DNA from: Ruditapes philippinarum
Lineage: Eukaryota
Length of the DNA stretch: 64,000 bases
Assembly: GCF_026571515.1 (NCBI RefSeq)
Contig: NW_026852821.1
Span: 62,001-126,000, forward strand
Direction of reading: 5' to 3'
The position numbers and the translations under genes are program-made. This document shows, piece after piece, positions 51,139 to 64,000 of the stretch; position 1 is the first letter of the stretch, and every line of letters begins with the position of its first letter. Below the pieces are notes generated by a model. The model made no database searches. It saw only the letters and a program-made list of their open reading frames with translations, and was not told the origin of the DNA.

Positions 51139-54100
51139 TTTTTTTTTTTTATTTTTTTTTTTTTTTATTGATCAAATATAAACATTGTATTTACAGCATG
51201 GGTATATAAACATATAACTATAAATGAATTCAAAGTAAAAAACAGAACATATCATAAAAGAAAAATAATTCATTTTACATACTACACTCATTCATCTGCA
51301 CTCTCTCACTGCAGTCTGCGCTTTTGATATTGTTATTGATCATATCTATTCATCTTTTCAGTCATTTACTCATCTCTAAAGCCATTTTAAGCGGGGTAAA
51401 ATATAATAGTTTGATGTGTAGTTTTTGTATTGGTCAATACAGCCTAAAAGTTTAAGTCTGCATATATGTAGAGAATAATAATAATAATAGTAATAATAAT
51501 TATAATAAAAGTAATAATAATTATAAGAAGAAGAAAACAAAAATATTGTGTTAATCTGCATAAAGGAAAATTAGATAAGAATTCCACGCAGAATTAAAGG
51601 TTTCAACATTGTTATTTATCATTGCAGTCTCTTTTTCAATGTTGTAACAATATGTTATATAAAGTAAATTAAAATTAGATTTTTAGTTTTTGATAAAGGA
51701 CTTTCATCTGTTAAGCCAAAAATCATTTCGTCTGCAGTTAATGACGGAAAACTATTCGTTTTTGTTTTGAAATAGATATCAATTATGTCCTTTACAAAAC
51801 TACATTGCCAAAACAAATGTTCGATAGTTTCGTTTTCATTTTAACAAAAGGTACAAAGAGGATTATCATTATATTTAATTTTATGTAAATAATAGTTAGT
51901 GCCAATTTTTCTATGAATAATCCTAATTTGAAACCACTGTATCCTAGAATCTTTTGTTATTTTAAATGGCATTTCGTAAATTTCTTTCCATTTACTTTCC
52001 TCAAAATGAAGATCAAGCTTTTTCATCCAGGTTGCTTTACTTGTTGGTTGTGTGTTATAAGTATTCAATAAATTGTAAGTCTGTTTTGATCCTTTATTGT
52101 TAATAATTATGTTTTTTTAGATAAGGAGGCAATTTTGGTCCACAAGTTTTTTTTACGTCATTCATACTAAAATTAAATTTTGTCATCATTTCATTTATCA
52201 TTTTTTTAATTCCATGAAAGATTAAAAAGTTTGCATTAAGCCTTAATATATTATTAAAATCTTCTAATGAGAGAAAAGCACCGTAAGAATCAAACATTCT
52301 CCGATATAATATACACCGGTTTAAACCATGAATTAAGAAATATACTTTTATTGCCAATTAGTAATTTATCGTTATAAAAAAATGGTAGTTCTGCGAAAGA
52401 TTCGTTATTTATAGGATACTTATCTATATATGTAGAAAAACATTAAAAGTGTCCTTCCAAAAAACGTTTGAAATGCTTTTTGCAATTTTATCTATGTAAT
52501 GTTTTCCACAGTGAAATAATTTTTGCATATCAAATTCATTTATAATAATGTTTTTCCAACAGGCATCGCTAATCATTCTTTTGAACCAGCTTATCTTTAA
52601 AGCCATTATAAAAGCATTTAAGTTTAACATTTTTAAACCTCCCTCTGAATAGTCCTTAACCATAACAGTATTTTTTATTTTAACATTTCCTTGCCATATA
52701 AAATCATAAAACATATTGTTAAGTTTATTTATCATGTTCTGAGGTGGTGATGGTAGGGCTATAAAAAGATGGTTTAAAATTGAAATTAAAAGCGTTTTGA
52801 TAACTGCGATTTTTCCTATTATATAAAATTATGTTTGTTCCATGATAATTTCCATCGTGTTTTTATACTATTTGATGAGTATTTATTTTTTCCTATCCAA
52901 ATTACTTTTGTTTTATCAAAGTTTACATTTAGTCCAGATATATGAGCAAATTTCGATAACACATCAAGTGCCTGATTTAAGGAATTGCTTGACCCGTCCA
53001 ATATTAAAGTTGTATCATCCGCAAATTGAGATAATTTATGTTCTAAATTATTTATCTTTATACCTTTTATTTCTTTACAGTTTCTTATCTTAAGAGAGAG
53101 AATTTCAGCACATAAAATAAAGATGTAACAAGAAAGCGGGTCTCCTTGTCTGCAGCCTCTACCTATTGTTACAAAATTTGACAGAAATCCACATTGACTT
53201 ACAGCAGACTGTGCGTCTTTATAAAAAATATTAAACCATCGTTTAATAGAAATTCCAAAATTAAAATAAGACAATGTTTTTTGAACAATGACCAGGACAA
53301 AGAATCAAAAGCTTTTTTTCAAAATCAATTAAAAGAAGAAGACCAGGAGATATCTTTCTCTTCAGTATAATGCATAATGTCGTATATAAGTCTTGAATTT
53401 TCTCCCAATATATCTACCCTTAATAAATCCGGTTTGATCTTTGCTAATTAATTTGTTTAAAGTTTTTTTAATTCTATTTGCAATGACTCCAGAAGCAATT
53501 TTATAAACTGTATTTAAAAAGAGTTATGGGTCTCCAATTTTTTTAAAAATTCTTTTGGTTTATTGTCTTTAGGAATACATGTAATTATTCCCTGTGTTTG
53601 AGTTATGGAAAGTTTGCCTGATTCATATGCGTTATTAATAGCTCTAACGACAAAAAACTCCTATCTTTTTCCAAAAAACTTTGTAAAAATCTGCGCTGAA
53701 ACCAGAAGATCCTGGACTTTTATTATTTTTCATGTTATGTAAAAACTAAGTTGCTTCATGATAGTTTATTTGACCCTTCTAAAGCATTTGACTCTGTTGG
53801 ACATTTTTTTTAAACAGGTGCTTCTATGTATGAAATAAAATTTTCAAAAAGAATCGTCATTTTCATTGTGTATTTTTTTGCCATAAATAGGTTTTGATAA
53901 TATTTTTTTCTAATTCTTCGAGCAATTGCTGTTTTGTCTTTAACAATTGTTCCGTCCATCCTTTTAATTTTATAAATAGTTTTAGAAGTTTGATTTTTTT
54001 TCTCTAAGCTGCAAAAGTACTGTGAAGGTTTTTCACCTTCAAGAATCCCACTTAACTCTAGAACGAATAAGATAGCCCTGTAATTGCGAATCATTTTAAG

Positions 54101-55201
54101 TTATGAAGCTCTGTTTTGAAGGTCCCGAAGGTGCGTTCATTTTATATTCAGTTAAATCGGCTTTCTAAAATCATTTATTTCTTTAATGATATTTTCTTTG
54201 TTTAAGTTAGTTTTCTTCTTTACATAACTACTATATGATATAGATTTCCCTCGCAGTTCCATTAAAAGAGTTTCTAAAAAACAATTGATCATTTATTGTA
54301 AATTGAATTTCATTATCTGGAATTTCAGTAATGTTGTTAAAATTATAAACTGGTAAATGCATATTGTATTTTTATTTCGTCAATTATTTCGTTTATAGTA
54401 TTTAAATAGTTAATGTCCTTTAATAATGAATTGTTGTGTTTCCACAAGCCTTTGCCATGTTTAAAGTCGTCTAACTTTAAGTTTAATATTACAATGGAAT
54501 GGTCCCTGATTGGTAGCTTTGTAGTTATGGAAACATTTCTACAAAGTGGAACAAAGTTGAAGTTATTAAGAAGAAATCTAGTCTTGCTTGCTGAAGAGGC
54601 GTGCGTTTTTTACGCCATGTATATCGTCTTAAAGTTGGATTAAAACTCTCTAAACGGGTCAACCATATCTCTTTGACCAATATTAATCAAAACCGTATCT
54701 CTAGCTTTACTGTTATTAATATTTTTATAGTTAAAGTAGTCTTTTAATGGGTCTAAAACTAAATTGTAATCACCACATAATATATATGAATCATTCTCTA
54801 TCCTGTTTAATTAAACTGAATATTTCATTAAAAAGTTCGGGTTTATCAGTATTTGGGCCATATAAATTTACTAGAGTAATCTTCTGCCCTTCAATGGTTT
54901 TAAGTCTAATACTATAAAATTTCCAATTGGGTCAATAAATTTGTTATGGATTTTGTAGTCAATGTTATTATTAAAAAGAATCGCTAACCCTCTGGAGTTA
55001 CATGTTCCAGGGCTTAAAATACACTCATTATTCATTCACAGTATATCTTTTGTACATATCTAACGTAAAATGTGTGTCTTGAAGACAATAAAATGTTACA
55101 ACTTTTTTTTTTTAAAAAAAATGAAAACGGATGATCTTTTTTTTAGACCCATTCAGGCCTCTACAGTTCAGAGATAAGACATTTATATTACTTTCAACCA
55201 T
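51139..55201 (-). mobile_element. Non-LTR retrotransposon (L1/Tx1-like) ORF2, frameshifted: AP endonuclease, reverse transcriptase and C-terminal Cys region, with 3' UTR and poly(A)
   Basis: Minus strand starts MVESNINVLSLNCRGL at 55201 (APE motif). RT motifs GCRQGDPLS and QFADDTT (52819-53274) and NWRPITL are present, as is C-terminal 'WFQIRIIHR...CTFC'. AATAAA directly precedes the poly(A) (poly-T at 51139-51166 on +). No ORF1 seen, and the 5' boundary is uncertain. Confidence 0.92.
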
Positions 55202-55497
55202 ATTGAAGTAATGCAGAAAAAAATAAAAGAGATAAGTTAAAATATAACCAAAAATCATCATTAACATTATGGCAGATTGCGTCTCACATACAATACAAAA
55301 AACGAATACACAACAAAAAATACTTGAATTAATATTTCAAAAAGGTTTGACAATAAACCTCTTTTAACCAAGACCATTTTACTACAAATAAAAAATTGAA
55401 GCATTTATATTTCTTACACTTTTGATATATTGGCGTCAATACTTAACATGATTAGAAACTTTGCAGTCTATTCATATTTATATATAGTCATTTTGAA

Positions 55498-55757
55498 ATT
55501 AGAAAGTAACTGCTAGAAATGATTTTTAAACTTGTATTTTAATGACAGAAGAAATGATATCTTAATAGCCAAAAGTAAAAAAAGGAATTTATTAGTCATA
55601 ACAATATTAGGCCAGAATAATCGAATGCGGACATTTACAGACTTGAATAGCCCCGTTAGTAATCTGTTTTGGGCTATATTCTGTATGACGTTTACCATTG
55701 TATCAATTATGATGAAGAATTCTATATTAGGGAAACAATGTGTGTATTGATAAGATA
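55498..55757 (+). pseudogene. Decayed fourth copy (D) of the CCK-receptor-like first exon
   Basis: Reads NLLVITILGQNNRMRTFTDLNSPVSNLFWAIFCMTFTIVSIMMKNSILG, then a frameshift to TMCVLIRY. Upstream context 'tcattttgaaatt' matches B/C 'tcatttgaaatg' with ATG lost. Most of TM1 is deleted. A MITE is inserted just before the donor, and no GTAAG follows it. Confidence 0.8.
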
Positions 55758-56000
55758 TATGAGCCGCGTCATGACAAAACCAACGTAATGCGTTTGCGAC
55801 CAACATGGATCCAGACCAGCCTGCGCGCCCGCGCAGTCTGATCAGGATCCATGCTGTTCGCTATCAGTTTCTCTATTTGTAAAAGAGTTTGCAAGCGAAC
55901 AGCATGGATCCTGATCAGACTGCGCGGACGCGCAGGCTGGTCTGGATCCATGCTGGTCGCAAACGCATTATGTTGGTTTTGTCATGGCGCGGCTCATATA
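55756..56000. mobile_element. Palindromic MITE (TATGAGCCGCG...CGCGGCTCATA) inserted in pseudo-exon D
   Basis: Near-perfect inverted arms of ~105 bp with TA-rich termini. A second copy lies at 56595-56820. Confidence 0.9.
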
Positions 56001-56594
56001 CATATTGTGTATTAAAACGTTTACTCATTTTTTATGCTATGAATTATTTGAAGTTTTATTAATTAAAGAATGCACTATCGTAATGAACAGCAAATATGTC
56101 TCTCTATATCATACATGGGTAATCTATTTACATATTTTAAGCTATTAAACGTCATGTCATGCGTATCTAACTAAAGTCTTTTAATTGTTATGAACATAAT
56201 TTATGTTAATCTAACAAGTGTTAACGAGTAATGTTAGCTTGATATTAGCAAGTAGAGATGCTGTATACGATAAATTTTCCTTTTTTTACTTTCTTTATTC
56301 ATTTTTTCTTAAATATTGTCGAAAACTGTAACTAACTGATGTTGCACTGTGTTGACTATTTTATAAATAATTTATAAAACCAGACGTGATCATTTCCGAC
56401 TTCTGCTAATAAGTTTAAACAACCCACTAGTCTTATACTTCCGCTTAATATATAACCATTTATGATGTGTGTATAAAGGAAATATAAATTTATTTTCTCA
56501 AAATAAATAAGAATAAAACACAGATAAATCTGCTAATATTAACAAAGCATCCGAACTTTATACTGTTAGTATCTTACAACGTACTAGTATAAAG

Positions 56595-56820
56595 ATATGA
56601 GCCGCGTCACGACAAAACCAACATAATGGGTTTGCGACCAGCATGGATCCAGTCCAGCCGCGCAGTCTGATCAGGATCCATGCTGTTCGCTTACCAACCC
56701 TATTACAAGTACAGAAACTGATAGCGAACAGCATGGATCCTGATCAGACTGCGCGGCTGGACTGGATCCATGCTGGTCGCAAACCCATTATGTTGGTTTT
56801 GTCGTGACGCGGCTCATATA
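56595..56820. mobile_element. Palindromic MITE, second copy of the same family
   Basis: Essentially perfect inverted arms ATGAGCCGCGTCACGACAAAACCAAC...GTTGGTTTTGTCGTGACGCGGCTCAT. Confidence 0.9.
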
Positions 56821-58696
56821 TCTTACAAACTTTTTTATAATATTTATTAACGCTATAGGCATGTCGTTTCCATTATATATCTTATAAAAAAATCTTTTTA
56901 TAGAGCTGTAAAACAGTGAGGTATTTTATTAAAACAAACATGAATATTGCATGTAAATAAACTGAAATGTTTCAGAACATACAATTTCAGTAGGCAGCGA
57001 TTTCTTTATGCGATATTCGCTTTCAATGAAATAAATAAACATATTTCCTTCCTGTGTATTCTTAGATTATTATTCTGCAAAGTTCAAACAATTTCCAAAC
57101 CCCAAGATATCTTTTTGTAGCTTTTTCTCTACACAGTTTTCTCTGTTGCTTTAAACAGTTGACACTATACTGTTTTGCGACTGCAATGCATTGCATGGTA
57201 CCTTAGCATATGTTATACTGTACATGATAAAAGCAAATCAGAATGATTGCTTTTTTAAGCCTGCAGAGGATACAGATTAACTTTAGAGACGCTCCATTTA
57301 CGAGAGACAGATTAGAGTTAACGATATATGTAACATTATTATTTCCAGAAATACATGTCTTCATTAAATGCCTAGTTACATTTTTTGTAAGATTAACAAA
57401 TGGAAACAGAAATGACACGAAACAGGCGCGTGCAATGTATAAATGAGGTGCATTCAAATTATGTAGGGCATTGTTTATGCATATGAAATTGATAAAGAAA
57501 TATTAACAGATTTCGCATAATAAAATGAGGCTCGGGCAGTATAAACATACAGTAATTTTTAATGGAAATTTTCAAATTAATATATTAAGATTTTGCATGA
57601 TATTAAAATGAAACACGAGTATATATGCATGCAATGATTTGTCATGGAAATTTTCAAGATAATTATATGAATTTCAAAGATTTTATTCTCATAAATAATA
57701 TTAACTTTTATTGCGGCTTTATTTTGAACAATTTAATCAGTAATAATCAATTTTATTAGAATGGAATAAAATTAAACAAAGCACTGAATATCTTATTGTA
57801 CAAGTCATGCATTTTGACCTTTATATTGGCAAAACGTATATACTAACTTATTAAAGAAGTTGTTGTTTAAATAATTAAATGTCTTTTGGAAGAAATGCAT
57901 ATTAAGATGTTTATAAGATTATTAATAATTAAATTACATTCGCTTAAATCAGATAACTGCAAAAACCACAACATGTAACATATGCGAAATATACGGTATA
58001 TACGATAATTTATCACAAACCAGGGTCTTTCAAATAGAAAAAAAAATCTATTTAAAAGACCCTGCAAAACATATATAATAATAATGATAACAAAAACATG
58101 AGAAAATGTATTTTCAGTAATTACTGGAGGCATTATTCTTCGGGACCCTCACATTCAGGGCTAGAGGAACTTAACAAGAGGCTTGCGGAAAAAAAAACAG
58201 ATTGTTATTTTTTTCTGTGATACTAAGAACAAATTAGACTTGTTTTGGAGTTTTATATTTTGTTTATGTTTTTAATTTAGATTAGAATTAATAAATTGTT
58301 TCCTGGTTTAATTTGGATTGCAGTAAAACAGTAAATAAATTTTGTTTATTATTCATGTTTAAATTAATGAAAGGAAATACTTTTTTCCGTTAAAATTAGT
58401 TGTTCATTTTTATTTATGGAAGCTTACTTGATTTATTTACATATTACATTTTATGTCTTTATTTTAGATTAAACTTGAGATTTATTTCTCAACTTGAGAT
58501 TTATTTCTCAATGAATCAAAATAGTTTTATGGGTTACTTTATATATCATTCCTCAAATAAACTGAAATATGAGGAGAAAGCGAACAGAAAATACTAAATA
58601 TATCACCCAATCTGAGTGAAATATTGTCTATTGTTCAATGTGAATTACTTTGTATAAAAATATTCCTAAAGCTAGATACATATTTATTAAGTTAAA

Positions 58697-58974
58697 AGGG
58701 GCGTCCGTGGCCAAGTGGTTAAGGTCGTTGACTTCAAAAGACTTGCCCCTCACCACTGTGGGTTCAAATCCCGACAGAGCCTTTGGATTCATTCATGTGA
58801 GGAAGCTATCCAGCTAGCTTACGGAACGTCGGCGGTTCTACTCAGGTGCCCGTTAGTGCCTGAAATAATGCACGGAAGGGCACCTGAGGTCTTCCTCCAT
58901 CAGTAAAGATGGAACGTCGACATATGACCTATACTGTGTCGATGTGACGTAAAACCAAATCAAACAAACAATAG
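58697..58974 (+). mobile_element. tRNA-derived SINE, full length
   Basis: Pol III A box TGGCCAAGTGG and B box GGTTCAAATCC, ~200-bp body, (CAAA)n tail, flanking direct repeat TAAGTTAAA. Confidence 0.88.
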
Positions 58975-60928
58975 TAAGTTAAATTCTATTGAGTATACAA
59001 TTATACTGACAAAGTTTCTATATAACATCGTGCAAGTTTTTATGTTCTGTTTTTATCACATCTATAATAAAACATGTTTCTCATGTCAAGAAATATTAAT
59101 TCGCCCATCAGTTTCTTTTAATTGATTTAAAATGTAGAAGCAAGCGATGCAATTCTTCATCTTAAAGGTTGTAAACAGCGTAGGAAAGTACGTCATACAA
59201 ATTATCTAATTTGTATCGTCACTGTCTTAAGCATATTGAGTGCAAAAATAAAAATCACTTTATTGTTATCATGACAGACCTGAGTTATTTTTTTCAAGCA
59301 ATATTTTATCAATATGAAACATTTATATTGTTCCTTTTAATATTTGAAATTCTTATTTGCCATTTCGAAGCCACCACTTATTAACTCTAACGTTGTGATG
59401 CCAAACTTTCGATTATTGAGAGTATAAAGAAGTCATAACAAATTTTCTCATTACAAATCTTTCTCGTCACTTTTTTGTGGTTTGGTTTTTCCGCCCACCA
59501 AAGTCATCACAGTTTCGGTCTTATGAGTCTCAAGCAGGAAATATGCACAACCCAAACCTCCAAAATAACTATAACAGAAGTGATTTGATTTCATTTTTTA
59601 ACAAAACCAAGCAGTTAATGCTATGGTATATTTTATTATGTTTTTATAAATTTTAAAACAGGAAGTAAACAGCTATCAAATGACTCTTTTCATAGCTTCA
59701 AGATATCGGTAGATTAACAATTTATTCCCTATAATACTTTAACACTTCTTGGCATGAAAAAAAACACTTCTTCCTTAATTAATTCAAAAGACTTTCGAAA
59801 ATTAATCAAATGTTTCTTTGTTATGAGTTTTTAATTTCGCTTTAATGTCAAAAGCAGTGTTATGTTTTATTATTTTCTCTCTGAAATAATACTTCCGGTA
59901 ATATCAAAACACCATTTATTAGCTATAACACGTCACAGATTTAGACAATCTGCACGTTCTTCCGCACATGATGATCTCTACAGGAAAACGAAATGTGCCT
60001 TTTAAGAAAATTAAAACAATTTATCAAAGTTCTGATCAAAACAAATTAATCATACATTGAATCACCTGAAGATTCTTCAAACAAATATAATTCTTGTGTG
60101 CAGAAAGCCTAGTTAAACCGTTTTGTTTTTGTTTTGTTTGTTAGCAATTTAAAGCAAGTTTTGTTTTTTGTTTGCGATGGAGGAAAAACTGTGTGCATTT
60201 TAAAGCATAAAATACTAACAATTTAAACCAGTTTCAAAACAAATCATGCATTTAAACATTTTGGATGTCATTAAACTAATGTAGATTTTCAATTTATTAG
60301 GTGAATACTGATTGTTAAACTACATTATTACATTTGAATTTAATAAAAAATGAACGGACGTGGGCAGAAGTATATATATTTTTAATATGTCGCGGTGATC
60401 TACTGGATGCCATTTTTAATCTTGACAATATTCTAAAATATAATCATGTAACGGTAAATATCTGCAAAGTGAATATTCATCAATCTTATATTTGTTTGTT
60501 TTGAATTTTTCGCAAAGTTACTTCTTAACTAGAATAAAAGACAATGTAACAGCATATCTCTGTTAGCCCATATATATTTATCCATTAATACACCGGACAT
60601 TATTAAAGAACATTTTGTTTTACGCTTGCGAGGTTAGAATCCCAGTAAACTGCTTAGGTTCGACAATAATCCAATACCTCTTTTTCGAAGTAAAGTTTTG
60701 TCAATGGTACATATTCTCCGAAGAAATGAGTTTAGGGAGATACGATAGTTGCACATGTCTTTTAAACTTAAATGTATTTAAGAAGAGAGGTTTGTAATGT
60801 GGATGTAATGCATAAATGAGCAAGACGCTTCATTTTTGCTTGAAGATAATGCAGATGGAGTCATAGACTGAATGTTATAATTTTCTTGATTTAATGTCCT
60901 CTTAGATTATGTATAATTTTGTTAAAAT

Positions 60929-61490
60929 CATCGTCGGATACCCACGATTGATAAACATGTCACATAACATGCAATCAACCGTGGGTAAAATGAATCGATT
61001 TGCGTCGATATACAGCAACAGGTGCGTAAAATATCTACCAATGACATCGCGTTTAACAAATCTATATTTTTCAGCAGCGGAGGTAAAAAAAACAATAAGA
61101 AACAAAATGGCAGCGCCCACGGTTAAATACTGTTGCACGTGTTTTGCTAAAATCAATGTCAAAAACTATCGCCAAATCAATTCTTCTGCAAGCAGATATC
61201 AATCAGAAAGGAAAACATGACGCTGTAAAAGTAAATTATCTATACTTTCTTGCTGAAATCGTTTAATTTTTCGATGTTTAACTTTTCATGTCGTCTATGG
61301 TTGTAGCAATATTGTTTGTAATACCGAACGTCGTACAGAACGAGCGTTTTGATTAGTTTTAATCGCCTCATGAAATCGTGAGGCAGCCAATGAAATAGCT
61401 GCCTTTGACACACCCCTAATCGACTGAATATCGGCAAAAAATCCCACGGCAGATAAATGTTAATGGTTCGGCCGTGGGTATCCGACGATG
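60929..61490. mobile_element. Non-autonomous DNA transposon, 18-bp perfect TIRs, 9-bp TSD
   Basis: CATCGTCGGATACCCACG (60929-60946) and CGTGGGTATCCGACGATG (61473-61490), flanked on both sides by TGTTAAAAT. Confidence 0.9.
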
Positions 61491-64000
61491 TGTTAAAATA
61501 AGCACAAAAGACAACTTAAAGTTAAAGATTATGAGTTTCTCACATGACTTGCCATATTACGGAAAATAAATTAAACGAGTGCAAAAAATATTCTTACATT
61601 TTAATGTTCAAGTTTATTTTATTTTTATATGTTCCAATAGAAACCATTTACAATGATTGGTTCCAGTCTTATCAAATTGGCTTCATTTCCATTTTATGAT
61701 ACATGTATCTACATCAAATGCACATCGTAGCCCGTATAGCCTCGTATTTTTATTTTAGGAGTCATATCAACTGTATATTGTACTTCATCTACGTAAACCT
61801 TGTTTTCATTTACAGAGTAAACAAAAACACTCTAAAATTCTTATTGTACTTGACCTTTTGTCGCCATGTCAAAGAATGATGGTGCAAAATATAGATGTCA
61901 TTATATATTGTTAAGAAAAAGGACTGATTAAAATGGACTTCTCCTTACGCATGAGCATTATCAAAAATTTATTGATTTATTTTGACGTTTCACTACCACC
62001 TTTGTTCGCCAATGCTATTATAGCACTTGTGTAATATTGTGTGGCTATTAAATATTGAAGAGTAAAATACTGAGTTCACTTGGATGAGTACACAAGTGAT
62101 AAAATAATATTGACTCTTGCAAGTCCAGTATATGTTTTTCAAAGGTTTACGAGTTAATGTATTATGAATTCGATACTTCACAGCCCCGATTCGTAAGGAA
62201 ACAAGACACTGAATTTAAGAGAACATCCAATATCAACAGCTTCTTTGTTTTATGTTAAATTTTCGACAAACTGTCTAAAATTGTTATTGAACATTTCTTA
62301 TTGCTTGATATTTGGTCGTAACTGTGAATCGCACAATAAGTAAAAGGTTTTGTCCCAATCTTCAGTGAAGAGAAAAAAAGAAAATGATAAGAAACAACTT
62401 TACTTAACAAATCCCTGCATTAAATATTACTATATTTCGTGGAGTTTTTATGTTTTGTTCAAAGTAAAAACAAATTTTTTGTAGACTTTTACCTGCATGT
62501 ATTGCCTACACTTGAAAAAGTAGGCACGATAACTGCATGCATTTTGCTTCTCTTATCAGACACTTAAACTCGCCTTTTAAACACACATAAAATGATACAA
62601 CTATAAAATCTATAGTGGCTTTATCAGAAACTGCCTGAGGTAATTTATTATGCTACCATTCATTTCAAAGCTTTAACATAGCTTAACAACAGCTATCTTC
62701 TGAAATGAATAATATTGTCAATTTATATCAACATATTATAAGAACAAATATATATATTTAAATCAGGGTACAAACTTAAAATTACTTTCAATTGAACCAT
62801 ATATCTAAGGCCTGATTGCTGGGTATCTGTTCAATAGCCTATAAACTTAATTATTACGATAAAATCAAATATCATAAACAGGTGCAAGTGTAAATAAGAC
62901 TTTCTATGTTATTTTACGAAGATAAATGGATTATCTTTTTTTTTATATTTGATACAATGTTGTCTTTGTGTAGACACCCGGATTTTCATCCCCCCTGCCA
63001 TTTTGAAATAAGTATTGGTTTAAACATATTTATTTTTATCAAGTTACAATTCTACTCATCAAACACAAAATTTATACCAAATCATGATAAAGTGGATTGA
63101 AATGGAAGCTCAAAGCTTATTGTAATTCTATTATTAGTAGTATTGATTATTAAATTGCAATTAGATTGCAATAAAACATAACTCTATTGCATGTAAAGAG
63201 CCTATTATTTTGTTCCTTCTTTACATATTAAGCAATAAAATTATGAAAATATGGTCATAAGGTAATAGAGAACGACACATAACAGATACCACATTTGTAG
63301 TATATATGTAGGTTATAGCTCATTTAGAGCAAACACAGGTCCTGTTTGAAGAAGGTCTGTCTTTTGTATTCTTTTTTTTATATTTTTCATTTACTAAGTT
63401 ACCTATCAATTAATTTATTATAATAATTGTTAATGTTTGTTTGTCGTTGTTGTTGTTGTTTTTCGGGGTGGGGGTGGGTTGGTGATGACCAAGCTAAGTG
63501 ATTGATGTCAAATGGGACCATAAAGGTTTAAATACATTATTATAAAAAAACAGAAATGAAAATGTTCTTATTTTGAACAGTTATCGGTTTATATTTACTA
63601 ATATTTATATGTTTATTTATGCTTGTAAAACCCCCACCAGGGTGTGATACTTAAATATTTGACCTTCCTGATATAGGTTCGGATTCCTTTAGACACGTAT
63701 GTATTTTTAATTGATGAATATCAAACTATTTATCTTAATGAAAGTTGTATGTGATTCTACTCGGTGGCTCTGGGTTTTTTTGTTGTTGTTTATTTTCTAT
63801 CACCAATAAAACTAGAAAGTAACATAGCAAGTGTAACAAATTACCTAACACGCATAAAATACACATATTGTGTTCTACGGCATATTTATTTGTGTCTATC
63901 TTCAATGAATATTTTTATTGTCTCGTGATCTTTTTTTCACTACATGAATGCGTTATATTCGCTTTTCAAAACTTTAAAAAGGAAAAAAGCGCTATTAAAA

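Noticed and set aside
58698-58775. tRNA gene
   Set aside because: A and B boxes are present, but the sequence continues into a SINE body with tail and TSD, and related bodies occur elsewhere in the window.
63630-63850. Very degenerate SINE-like sequence
   Set aside because: Only short words (ggttcggattcc, caccaataaaact) match, which is too weak to call.

Overview
AT-rich, repeat-rich animal genomic DNA. The SINE and MITE types suggest a bivalve mollusc (inference). The only host protein-coding signal is a + strand series of paralogous exons of a rhodopsin-class neuropeptide GPCR of the cholecystokinin/gastrin/sulfakinin-receptor type. Three are intact (12496-12904, 24750-25128, 34449-34827) and one is decayed (~55498-55757). 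Each intact exon runs from its own ATG through the N-terminal ectodomain, TM1, TM2 and ECL1 to the start of TM3. Each ends at the same phase-1 splice donor (…CAA A|GTAAG). I found no intact TM3-TM7 exon between or after them in the window. The second and third exons lie in a ~9.5-kb head-to-tail tandem duplication, and traces of an older third unit lead to the dead fourth exon. The main hypothesis is a protocadherin/UGT1A-style array of alternative variable first exons spliced onto shared downstream exons outside the window. The alternative is a set of 3'-truncated partial duplicates. The rest of the window is transposon material: a decayed L1/Tx1-type LINE, a mariner remnant, tRNA-derived SINEs, several MITEs, short tandem duplications and microsatellites.
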